Of a DNA stretch of 36,833 nt, positions 9,636 through 17,648 are shown piece by piece (the first letter of the stretch is position 1; each line of letters opens with the position of its first letter). Source of the stretch: Trueperaceae bacterium (GTDB lineage Bacteria > Deinococcota > Deinococci > Deinococcales > Trueperaceae); assembly GCA_035703635.1 (NCBI GenBank), contig DASSXV010000009.1, positions 1-36,833 of the forward strand, in the 5' to 3' direction. The notes beneath the pieces were generated by a model that was not told where the DNA came from, made no database searches, and saw only the letters and a list, made by a program, of their open reading frames with translations. The translations under genes were made by a program, and so were the position numbers.

Positions 9636-10712
9636 ATGCCGCTAGATGCTGACGAGCCCCGCACCCACCGCGGCAGGGGCGCGCAGGTCAACCCCGCCAA
9701 CCGCTTCAGCGAGCTAATGGTCGAACTTGACCCGGACGAGGTCGAGGCTGGCGACCTGCGCGTGCGCACGCGCTATCTCGACGACACCTCGCGCAGTGTC
9801 ATCACACGCAACTCGAGCCCGGACGTCGGCTTCAGCGCCAGCCTCAACCCCTACCGCGGCTGCGAGCACGGCTGCGCGTACTGCTACGCGCGCCCGACTC
9901 ACGAGTACCTAGGCCTCTCGGCCGGGCTCGATTTCGAGCGCGTCATCCTCGTCAAGCGTCACGCCGCGGCGCTCCTCGAGGCCGAGCTGAAGCGGCCGTC
10001 TTGGGAGCCGACGATGCTGATGCTCTCGGGCATCACTGACCCTTACCAACCGGTCGAGGCGCGCCTAGGCATCACGCGCGCCTGCCTCGAGGTGTTGGCC
10101 AGCTACCGCAACCCAGTGGGCGTGATCACTAAGAACGCTCTCGTAACGCGCGACCTGGACGTGCTAAGGGAGCTGGCGGCCTGGGGCGGCGTGCGGGTGA
10201 CGGTCTCGATCACGACGCTCGACGAGGCGCTGCGCGCCAAGCTCGAGCCTCGCACCTCGACCGTCGCCAACCGACTTTCCGCGATCGAGAAGCTGGCGGG
10301 CGCGGGCGTGCCGGTGGGGGTGAACGTCGCTCCGATCGTTCCCGGCCTGACCGACTCAGAGGCGCCGCGGATACTTCAGGCGGCAGCGGCGGCCGGCGCC
10401 AGCCATGCCGGCTACACGCTCATGCGGCTCCCAGGTGCTGTGGCGGCCATCTTCGAGGAGTGGCTAGACGAGCATGCCCCGCTGCGCAAGCAGCGCGTGC
10501 TCAACCGCGTCCGCGACGTGCATGCAGGACAGCTCCACGACAGCGAGTTCGGCAGGCGCATGCGCGGCGAGGGCCCGTACGCGGAGCAGGTGAGGGCGCT
10601 CTTCCATAGCGCACGCGAGCGCGCGGGCATTCCGCGGCGCGTGCCAGCGTTGGTGAGCACGGAGTTCCGCGTGCCGGGGCGCGTGGTGCAGGGAGCGCTG
10701 TTCGACAACTGA
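9636..10712 (+). CDS. Radical SAM protein, PA0069/SplB-like family (putative DNA repair)
   Basis: RGRGAQVNPANRF N-terminus, NPYRGCEHGCAYCYARP (CxxxCxxC), TDPYQP, LEPRT, and a C-terminal QGALF resembling a beta-clamp motif. Confidence 0.88.
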   Translation: MPLDADEPRTHRGRGAQVNPANRFSELMVELDPDEVEAGDLRVRTRYLDDTSRSVITRNSSPDVGFSASLNPYRGCEHGCAYCYARPTHEYLGLSAGLDFERVILVKRHAAALLEAELKRPSWEPTMLMLSGITDPYQPVEARLGITRACLEVLASYRNPVGVITKNALVTRDLDVLRELAAWGGVRVTVSITTLDEALRAKLEPRTSTVANRLSAIEKLAGAGVPVGVNVAPIVPGLTDSEAPRILQAAAAAGASHAGYTLMRLPGAVAAIFEEWLDEHAPLRKQRVLNRVRDVHAGQLHDSEFGRRMRGEGPYAEQVRALFHSARERAGIPRRVPALVSTEFRVPGRVVQGALFDN

Positions 10713-10721
10713 TCTTGCGCA

Positions 10722-10760
10722 CGCTTACAGGTCCGTCGGCCGAGCGCCTCGGCGTAAGCG
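10722..10760. terminator. Possible bidirectional hairpin between convergent genes
   Basis: GCCGAG-cgc-CTCGGC (10739-10753) sits inside an outer CGCTTAC/GTAAGCG pair; no U-tract. Confidence 0.35.
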
Positions 10761-10764
10761 CCGC

Positions 10765-11484
10765 TCAGCTCTCTGCTTGCTCCTCGTACGCCGCCCGCGT
10801 CTCTGCGTTCATGGGGTAGCTCCCCTTGATGGCCGCGCCAGCGAGGATGCGGCTCTCGATGAACGCTTCCTCGCGCTCCTTCTGGTACGCGGCTGCCGCC
10901 ACCTCAGCGGCCAGGTGGCGCGGTATCACCACCACGCCCTCCGCGTCGCCGACGATCACGTCGCCGGGCCTTACCTGCACCCCGCCGCACGTTATGGCCA
11001 CGTCGAGGTCCTCTGGGTGGTGAGCGATGAGGTTGGTGTTGGCGTTCATGCCGCTCGAGTAACTTGGCAGGTCGAGGCCGGCGATGAACGGCCCGTCGCG
11101 GAACGGCCCGTCGCTGACTATCCCCGCCGCGCCGCGTACTTGCATGCGGGCGACGAGCATCCCGCCCATGGTGCCGCACGACTGGTCGGCGCGCGCTTCT
11201 ATCACCAGTACTTCGCCCGGCCGGATCTCGTCAGCGATGCGACGCTGCGGGTTGGTGTCGAGCTTCCACTGCTCCAAGGTGTCGAGGTCCTCGCGCGCGG
11301 CGATGTAACGCAGCGTGCGTGCCACGCCGATCATGGTGCCCTTCGTTGGGTTGAGGCGCTGCACGCCGAAGACGACGCGTGACTTGAAGCCGTGCATGTA
11401 CAGCACCGTGGCCAGGGTGGCGGTGCTCGTCTGCCGTAGTTGGGCCTCTACGGTCGGGTCGAGGGGGAGGGGGTCAAGCGCCAC
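10765..11484 (-). CDS. RraA-like / HMG-CHA aldolase family protein
   Basis: GTG 11484 with AAGGAGG upstream; GTMGGML, GIVSDGPFRD (Arg-Asp motif) and CGGVQVRPGDVIVGDAEGVVVIP. Confidence 0.85.
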   Translation of the reverse strand: MALDPLPLDPTVEAQLRQTSTATLATVLYMHGFKSRVVFGVQRLNPTKGTMIGVARTLRYIAAREDLDTLEQWKLDTNPQRRIADEIRPGEVLVIEARADQSCGTMGGMLVARMQVRGAAGIVSDGPFRDGPFIAGLDLPSYSSGMNANTNLIAHHPEDLDVAITCGGVQVRPGDVIVGDAEGVVVIPRHLAAEVAAAAYQKEREEAFIESRILAGAAIKGSYPMNAETRAAYEEQAES

Positions 11485-11980
11485 GTTCTGCCTCCTTCGC
11501 AAGGGCGGCGTCGCGCCGCGCTTGCGTGTCTGGCGCCAAGGTTGGCGCCTCAGTTGAGTAGCCGTTAGCCGAGTAGTCGTAGCCCTCGAGCACGTTGGCG
11601 CTGCGCTCGACGTCGCGCGAGGCGGCGTAGTGGGCCCAGATGACGTCGATCTTGCCGTGCTCGTCGAACTCGTACCACTCCGAGCCGCGGATGTACTCGC
11701 CAGCTCGCGGCTTCCAGTGGGTCCACTCGACGCAGATCTGCTCCCCGTCGCACACGAGGCGGTCGATGGTCCAGCGCGAGTCCAGGCGGCTGACGAACCC
11801 GATCCACAGGTCCTCGATGGCTGTGCGCCCGAGGTAGGGTCCGCCAGCGTTGGGCGGGAAGTAGTGGCGGCAGTCTGCGGCTAGGTAGCGCGCGAAGAGC
11901 TCGCGACTCGCCGAGTTGCACGCCTCGAAGTAGCCGCGTACGGAGTCGATCATGTGCTTGCGTTTGGCCTCGTCTATCAT
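11474..11980 (-). CDS. NTF2-like / SnoaL-like domain protein
   Basis: Pattern VRGYFEACN...LAADCRHYFP...GRTAI...W...CVEW...YEFDEHGKI is typical of the SnoaL-like fold; GAGGAG SD upstream. Confidence 0.75.
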   Translation of the reverse strand: MIDEAKRKHMIDSVRGYFEACNSASRELFARYLAADCRHYFPPNAGGPYLGRTAIEDLWIGFVSRLDSRWTIDRLVCDGEQICVEWTHWKPRAGEYIRGSEWYEFDEHGKIDVIWAHYAASRDVERSANVLEGYDYSANGYSTEAPTLAPDTQARRDAALAKEAERGA

Positions 11981-11985
11981 CCTGT

Positions 11986-12771
11986 TTACTCCTCAGCTCC
12001 GGAAGCGGTGGTCGCTTCTTGCGGTTCAAGCGTTACTAGCCAGCCCTCGACGACCCTTAGGTGGTCGTCCATGGCGGCCGCGGCGGCGGCGGCGTCTCCC
12101 GCCGCCACGGCTTGCAGCACGGCGGCGTGGCCTGCGTGCGCGCGCCGTGCGGCGCCTGGAAGGTGGGCGCCGGCGCGCCTCACGTCGAGCTGCCTGTCGA
12201 TCAGCGGCTCGAGCACGAGTTGGAAGAGGGGGTTGCCCGTTACCGCCGCCACGAGCTGGTGGAACTCGAGGTCTGCCCAGGCGTACTCCTCGTAGGCGTC
12301 CTCGCCGGCCTCTAGCCGCTCGACGAGGTCGGCGCCGAGGGCGAGGTTGACGGCGAGGGGGGCCAGGTTCGGGGTGGTGGCGGCGGTCGCGGCGGCCGCT
12401 GCGATGCTCGGCTCGAGCGCGTGGCGGAGTTGGAATAGGTGAGCGAGGGAGACGTTGTTGCGCACGAGGTAGAGCGCGAGCGGCCGCGTCACCGAGCCGC
12501 TCACCATCGGCACGACGAAGGCGCCGACCCCGGGGCGAACCTCGATCAGGCCGCGTTCGGCCAGTGTCCGCAGCGCCTCGCGCACCACTAGCCGGCTGAC
12601 TTGTAGGCGGGTGGCGAGTTCGCGCTCCGGCGGTAGTCGCTGGCCCGCGCTCAGGTTCTCGCCGACGATCTGGGCAGCGAGCTGATCGGCAACGGTGGCG
12701 GCCAAGGAGATGCGGGTGGCGGGCCCGAGCGCGAACTCCACCTTGCCTTGTGCCTTGTCGTCACCGTCCAC
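11986..12771 (-). CDS. GntR family (FadR subfamily) transcriptional regulator
   Basis: wHTH GQRLPPERELATRLQVSRLVVREALRTL and FCD domain (DLEFH...GNP...H...MDDHL); GTG start with GGAGG. Confidence 0.92.
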   Translation of the reverse strand: MDGDDKAQGKVEFALGPATRISLAATVADQLAAQIVGENLSAGQRLPPERELATRLQVSRLVVREALRTLAERGLIEVRPGVGAFVVPMVSGSVTRPLALYLVRNNVSLAHLFQLRHALEPSIAAAAATAATTPNLAPLAVNLALGADLVERLEAGEDAYEEYAWADLEFHQLVAAVTGNPLFQLVLEPLIDRQLDVRRAGAHLPGAARRAHAGHAAVLQAVAAGDAAAAAAAMDDHLRVVEGWLVTLEPQEATTASGAEE

Positions 12772-12811
12772 GTTCGTCCTCCAACCATCCCGCGACTAAC
12801 CTGCGGTCTTA

Positions 12812-12822
12812 TGGTATGACCA
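12812..12822. promoter_or_regulatory. FadR-type operator in the divergent promoter region
   Basis: Palindrome TGGT-ATG-ACCA matches the FadR-subfamily TGGT-N3-ACCA pattern and lies between the regulator and the divergent SDR. Confidence 0.7.
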
Positions 12823-12898
12823 GACTGAAGCGAGGATACCGACGCGCCACGAGCAGTGTCAACTCACCGCCTGCGCGCCATTGCCTTGGAGGAGTCAG

Positions 12899-13702
12899 AT
12901 GAAAGTCCTCATCACCGGCGCCAGCGGGCGCGTGGGCACCGCCGTAAGGCCCTACTTGCGGCGCAACTTCGACTTGCGACTTACGGACCTACAACCACCA
13001 GCGCCGGCCTGCGCTAGCAACGAGGAACTCCACCTCGGCGACCTGGCCGACCCCGCCGCCGTGGCGGCAGCGGTGGCCGGCGTCGACGCCGTCATCCACT
13101 TAGCCTGCGTGCACGGACTTGGCCTCGACTTCGACGCCTCACTTGACGCCAACTACCGCGGCACGCTCAACCTCCTCCAAGAGTCGGCGCACGCGGGCGT
13201 CAAGCGCTTCGTCTACGCCAGCAGCCACCACGTCCTTGGCGCCTACCCGCGCGCGGGTTTCTCTGCGGACGGCAAACCCGTCGCGCCAGACGCCTTCTAC
13301 GGTCTGAGCAAAGCGTTCGGCGAGGCGGCCTGCGCCATGTACGCGTTGCGTTTCGGGTTACCGACCTTCGTCGTCAGGATCGGCAACGCCGACCCACGGG
13401 TCGGCGACGAGCGCAGCCTGCGCATGTGGACAAGCGCAAAGGACCTAGCCGAGCTGTTCACGCTCGGCCTGCGCATGCCGGGCCTCGGGCACGAGGTCGT
13501 GTACGGCACCTCCATCTGCCCGGAACCGCTCTTCGATAATCGGCGCGCCTTCGAACTCGGCTACCAGCCGCGCGACCGCTCAGATGACAACCTCGCCCCT
13601 GACTACCTAGGCGCGGACGACATGGGGCCGGAGCGCGGCAGGCAGCGAGTTGGCGGCGCTTACGCCGTCGCCCCGCTACCTAGGGTTCAGGAGCGGTCAT
13701 GA
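12899..13702 (+). CDS. NAD-dependent extended SDR, uronate dehydrogenase-like
   Basis: ATG 12899 after GGAGGAG; TGASGRVG, ASSHH, YGLSK (YxxxK), RIG and DNRRAFELGYQP, recalled as Udh-like. Confidence 0.75.
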   Translation: MKVLITGASGRVGTAVRPYLRRNFDLRLTDLQPPAPACASNEELHLGDLADPAAVAAAVAGVDAVIHLACVHGLGLDFDASLDANYRGTLNLLQESAHAGVKRFVYASSHHVLGAYPRAGFSADGKPVAPDAFYGLSKAFGEAACAMYALRFGLPTFVVRIGNADPRVGDERSLRMWTSAKDLAELFTLGLRMPGLGHEVVYGTSICPEPLFDNRRAFELGYQPRDRSDDNLAPDYLGADDMGPERGRQRVGGAYAVAPLPRVQERS

Positions 13703-14799
13703 AAGTCACGAGCGTCGAGACGACCATCGTCGAGATCCCCTTCGACGACGGCGGCAGGGGCGTAGGCATCACGCCGACCACGTGGAACACCCTCGAGATC
13801 CTCCTCGTGCGCGTCACGGACGACGAAGGCAACGAGGGTTGGGGAGAGGGGTTCGGCTACTTCACCGTCGATGCAACCAAGGCGCTGGTCGACCGCCTGA
13901 TAGCCCCCGTCCTCCGGGGCGAGGTCGTAGAAGACATAGGGGCCTGGAACCTCGTCATGCAGCGGCGCCTGCACCTGTTCGGGCGCTACGGCGTGACCAT
14001 GTTCGCCCTTTCCGGCGTCGACATGGCGCTATGGGACCTGGCGGCCAAGCGCGCAGGCGTGCCGCTCTTCCGTTTGCTCGCCCCAGGGGCGAATGCGCGG
14101 CGCGTGCCGTTCTACGCGAGCCTGGTGCGCTACGCGGACGCCGACCTGATAGCCCGCACGTCCGTCATGGCGTTGGAGGCGGGCTTCACCGGCTTGAAAC
14201 TCCACGAGTTGACGCTGCCTGACATCGCGGCTTGCCGCGCAGCCGTTGGCGCGGACGTGCCGCTCGCGGTCGACGTGAACTGCAACTGGTCACTCAGCCA
14301 GGCGGCCGCGCTAACGCCGGCCCTCAAGGACCTCGGCGTCTCGTGGCTGGAGGAGCCCGTGTTCCCACCAGAAGACTACTCGTCGCTGGCCAGTCTGCGC
14401 GGCGCAGGCCTCAAGCTCGCTGCGGGCGAGAACTGGTGCACCGCGGAGCAGTTCGCGGCGGCGCTGCGCGCGGGTGCCGTCGACTACGCGCAGCCAAGCG
14501 TCACCAAGGTCGGCGGCGTGACGGAGTTCTTGCGGGTCGCCGAACTCGCGCGCGAGTACGGCACGCCGTTACAGCCGCACTGCCCATACTTCGGTCCCGG
14601 CTTCTTCGCCAGCCTGCACTTAGCGGCTGCGCTGCCTGAGGTCAGGGAGTTGGAGTACCACTTCGTCGAACCGGAAGCGTGGCTTGCCCACCCCGGCACG
14701 CCTGGCGCGGACGGCACGTTCGAAGTCCCGCAGGTACCAGGAACAGGGTTCGCCCCCGACGCCCGAGTCCTCGAGCGTTACACGCGCGGGCCACGCTGA
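13699..14799 (+). CDS. Mandelate racemase/muconate lactonizing enzyme family protein (likely acid-sugar dehydratase)
   Basis: SGVDMALWDL..K, metal ligands D (VDVN), E (LEEP) and E (GEN), acid His (QPHC), and PGTG; the KxK motif appears as KLH. Confidence 0.85.
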   Translation: MKVTSVETTIVEIPFDDGGRGVGITPTTWNTLEILLVRVTDDEGNEGWGEGFGYFTVDATKALVDRLIAPVLRGEVVEDIGAWNLVMQRRLHLFGRYGVTMFALSGVDMALWDLAAKRAGVPLFRLLAPGANARRVPFYASLVRYADADLIARTSVMALEAGFTGLKLHELTLPDIAACRAAVGADVPLAVDVNCNWSLSQAAALTPALKDLGVSWLEEPVFPPEDYSSLASLRGAGLKLAAGENWCTAEQFAAALRAGAVDYAQPSVTKVGGVTEFLRVAELAREYGTPLQPHCPYFGPGFFASLHLAAALPEVRELEYHFVEPEAWLAHPGTPGADGTFEVPQVPGTGFAPDARVLERYTRGPR

Positions 14800-14824
14800 G
14801 GCGCGGCGGCTAGCCGCAACGCCA

Positions 14825-15781
14825 TCAGCGCGCCACGTCGCTCGCGCCGCTACCCGCGGCGAGCGCCTCGACTTCGCTCAGGTCTAGGTCTGGCAAGTCG
14901 CCTGCCCAGGTGGACTTCAACGAGGCACACGCCACGCCGAGCGCTAGCGCCTTAGCGGGGCCACTCTCGCGCAATAGACCGCTCAAGAAGCCAGCGAGGA
15001 AGGCGTCTCCCCGACCGATGCGGCCGTCGGCGGCGCTCGGAAGCGCGGGTTGCTCGATGTCGCCTTCAGGCAGGCCGTGGGCGCTCGCACCTGCGGGGCC
15101 CCTCGTCATGACCACCAGCGCGCCGGGGGCGGCGCTCCGAACGGCGGCTAGGCCGCCATAAAGCGCGAGCGCGTCGCGCTCGGCCACTACCACTAGCTCG
15201 GCCGCCGCGAGGAAGGGCGCCGCGTGCGCAACGGCCGCGGCTGGCGTCGCCAGGCGGCCGCGGTAGTTGACGTCGAACACCCTCATGACTCCGGCCTGGC
15301 CCGCCGCGCGCCACAACTCGGCTGCCGCGGCGCGTGAACCGTCGCCGAGGGCGAGAGTTATCCCGGAGGTGACGAGGGCGTTCGCGTCAGCGAGCAGGCC
15401 GGCCGCCAGCGCAGCGGCGGCGGACTCGCTCCCAACGTTGGTGAATGCCGTGTGCGAGCGATCGTAAGCGACGCTTGTGGCTCGGGGAGCGACACCCTCC
15501 TCGAGGAAGTACAGCCCCATGCGCCCAGCGCCGCGCTCCACGAACGTGACATCGACGCCGCGACCCCTGATCTCGCCAAGGGCGCGTTCGCCAAGCTCGC
15601 CGACCGGCAACCGCGAGTACCAACGAGCGCGCAGCCCGAGGCCAGCAACGCCAGCGGCTACGTTCGCCTCCGCGCCGCCGACGCGAAGCGTCAAGGCGTT
15701 GGCGCCCCGCAAGCGCTCGGCTCGAGGAGGGGAGAGGCGCAGCAGGGCCTCACCGAACGTGACGACCAGGGGCGCGCTCAT
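14825..15781 (-). CDS. kdgK: PfkB family sugar kinase, 2-keto-3-deoxygluconate kinase-like
   Basis: VTFGEALLRL, GGAEANVA, RMGLYFLE, SGITLA, FDVNYR and GRGDAF; ATGA overlap with eda. Confidence 0.8.
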   Translation of the reverse strand: MSAPLVVTFGEALLRLSPPRAERLRGANALTLRVGGAEANVAAGVAGLGLRARWYSRLPVGELGERALGEIRGRGVDVTFVERGAGRMGLYFLEEGVAPRATSVAYDRSHTAFTNVGSESAAAALAAGLLADANALVTSGITLALGDGSRAAAAELWRAAGQAGVMRVFDVNYRGRLATPAAAVAHAAPFLAAAELVVVAERDALALYGGLAAVRSAAPGALVVMTRGPAGASAHGLPEGDIEQPALPSAADGRIGRGDAFLAGFLSGLLRESGPAKALALGVACASLKSTWAGDLPDLDLSEVEALAAGSGASDVAR

Positions 15782-16440
15782 GGCCGCTGCATACGCGGCG
15801 GCAAGGACGCGGTGATGGCCAGACAGGCGCTCGTCAGCGCCGCGAGACGCTCGCTGCTCAGGCGCCCTTTCGGGATGAGGTCGGAGCCTAGCCCCACGCC
15901 GAAGGCGCCCGCAGCCAACCACTCCTCGACCGCGGCAGGCGTCGCCTTGATGCCGCCGGTGGCGAGCACGCGCAGTCGTGGGAGAGGCGCGAGGATGCTC
16001 TTCAAGTAGCCGGGGCCGAACGTGGCGGCCGGGAAGAGCTTGACGACCTCCGCCCCGTCAACGTGAGCGCGCCACGCCTCCGTCGGCGTAACCACCCCAG
16101 GCACGAACGGCGTGCCGCTCGCTATGCTCCAGGCCAGCACCTCCTCCGCCAGCACGGGGCTCACGAGGAACGTCGCGCCGGCTGCGGCGAACGCCATGGC
16201 CGACGCCACCGTCGTCACTGTGCCGGCGCCAAGTGCGAGGTCGGGCATCTCCGCCCTGACGACCTCATGCAGGTCGCGGAAGATGTCGACGGCGCCAGGC
16301 ACGCGGTCGGCGAACTCGAACGCCCGTACCCCGCCCGCGTAACAGGCCCGCACGGCCTCCACCACGGCGGTCGTGTCGGTGTCAGCGTGCACTGGCACTA
16401 TGCCTGCCCGCGCGAGGGTGTCGAGCACCGCGCCGCTCAT
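15778..16440 (-). CDS. eda: KDPG/KHG aldolase
   Basis: GGVRAFEF..R, LGAGTV, FLVSP, PGVVTPTE, Schiff-base Lys in VKLFPA, ATGGI and GLGSDL. Confidence 0.88.
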   Translation of the reverse strand: MSGAVLDTLARAGIVPVHADTDTTAVVEAVRACYAGGVRAFEFADRVPGAVDIFRDLHEVVRAEMPDLALGAGTVTTVASAMAFAAAGATFLVSPVLAEEVLAWSIASGTPFVPGVVTPTEAWRAHVDGAEVVKLFPAATFGPGYLKSILAPLPRLRVLATGGIKATPAAVEEWLAAGAFGVGLGSDLIPKGRLSSERLAALTSACLAITASLPPRMQRP

Positions 16441-17510
16441 CGAGTGCCGCCGGTCCGCGTCAGGGCGCCGTACACGCCCTGCAAGTACATGAGGCCAAGG
16501 GCGCGGTCGTACAGCCCGTAACCGGGAATGCCGGTCTCTCCCCAGATCATGCGCCCGTGGTCTGGCCGTAACGGGCCGGAGAAACCCCCAGCTACGAGGG
16601 CCGCCATGACCGCCACCAAGTCGACGTCGCCGGCCTCTGGCGTGTGGTCGACCTCGTGGAACTCGCGCTCGCCGCGGCGTTTGACGTTGCGCGCATGAAC
16701 GAAGTGCGTGCGCTTAGCGAAGCTGCGCGCCATAGCTGGGAGGTCGTTCTTGGCGCTGGCGCCAAGCGACCCAGTGCAGAACGTGAGACCGTGAGCCGGA
16801 CTACTCGAGCAGTCGAGCACGGCCTGAATGGCCGCTGCGTCGCCGACGATGCGCGGGAGGCCGAAGATGGGCCAAGGCGGGTCGTCTGGGTGGATGGCGA
16901 GGCGGACGCCCGCCGCCTCGGCTACGGGGGCTATCGCCTCGATGAAGTAGCGGTAGCGAGCGAGGAACTCCTCGTCGGTGACACCGGCGTAGCGGTCGAA
17001 CAGTGACTCCAAGTCAGCTGCCGAGTAAGCCTGCGGCCAGGCAGGCAGTCTAGGCAGGCCCTTCGACAAGTCGATGGCGTCAAGCTGCGCTTGTGAGTAG
17101 GACACGACGCTCGAGCCGTCGGGCAGGCGGTAGTCGAAGTCCGTGCGCATCCAGTCGAAGACGGGCATGAAGTTGTAGCACACCGTGCCGACACCGGCCT
17201 CCCCGAGGCGCGAGATGGTAGTCGCGTAGGCTTCGACGTAACGGTCGCGATCTGGACTGGCGAGCTTGATGGCTTCGTGGACGCCGACGCTTTCGACCAC
17301 CGTCCACTCGAGCCCGGCCGCACGGCACAACTCCTGGCGGTCGCGGATGGCGGCCGATGTCCAAGCCTCACCGACGGGCACGTTCTCAAGCGCCGTCACC
17401 ACGGTGCGCACGTTCGGCACTTGGGCGAGATGGGCGAGTGGGACGTGGTCGTGAGGGCCCCACCAGCGGAAGGTGAACTGGACGGCGCCGCCGTCTCGAG
17501 TAGCGCTCAT
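16437..17510 (-). CDS. uxuA: Mannonate dehydratase
   Basis: FRWWGP, VVESVGVHEAIK, CYNFMPVFDWMRT, AIHPDDPP, CTGSLG, RPDHGR and PGYGLYDRALG. Confidence 0.95.
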   Translation of the reverse strand: MSATRDGGAVQFTFRWWGPHDHVPLAHLAQVPNVRTVVTALENVPVGEAWTSAAIRDRQELCRAAGLEWTVVESVGVHEAIKLASPDRDRYVEAYATTISRLGEAGVGTVCYNFMPVFDWMRTDFDYRLPDGSSVVSYSQAQLDAIDLSKGLPRLPAWPQAYSAADLESLFDRYAGVTDEEFLARYRYFIEAIAPVAEAAGVRLAIHPDDPPWPIFGLPRIVGDAAAIQAVLDCSSSPAHGLTFCTGSLGASAKNDLPAMARSFAKRTHFVHARNVKRRGEREFHEVDHTPEAGDVDLVAVMAALVAGGFSGPLRPDHGRMIWGETGIPGYGLYDRALGLMYLQGVYGALTRTGGTR

Positions 17511-17546
17511 GCCTGCGACCCGACTAAGAGGCCGTTTACCGCGTAC

Positions 17547-17557
17547 TGGTCGGACAT
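17547..17557. promoter_or_regulatory. Possible second FadR-type operator upstream of uxuA
   Basis: TGGTCGGACAT shares the TGGT-NN-GAC core with the operator at 12812-12822. Confidence 0.45.
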
Positions 17558-17648
17558 TCCGAGAGCTTATCACCGCTCGTGCGCGCGGGTGGAGCCGCGC
17601 TAGTGCCGCTACCAGTTGAAGTGGTCAACGCGTTAGGGTCATGGCCAT

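Noticed and set aside
9636-10712. Radical SAM gene after the sulfatases as an anaerobic sulfatase maturase (anSME)
   Set aside because: It has no C-terminal SPASM Cys clusters, its motifs are PA0069/SplB-type, and it has its own leaderless -10.
17615-17629. GTTGA-N5-TCAAC palindrome upstream of mscS as an FNR box
   Set aside because: It does not match TTGAT-N4-ATCAA in sequence or spacing, and it is a single short instance.
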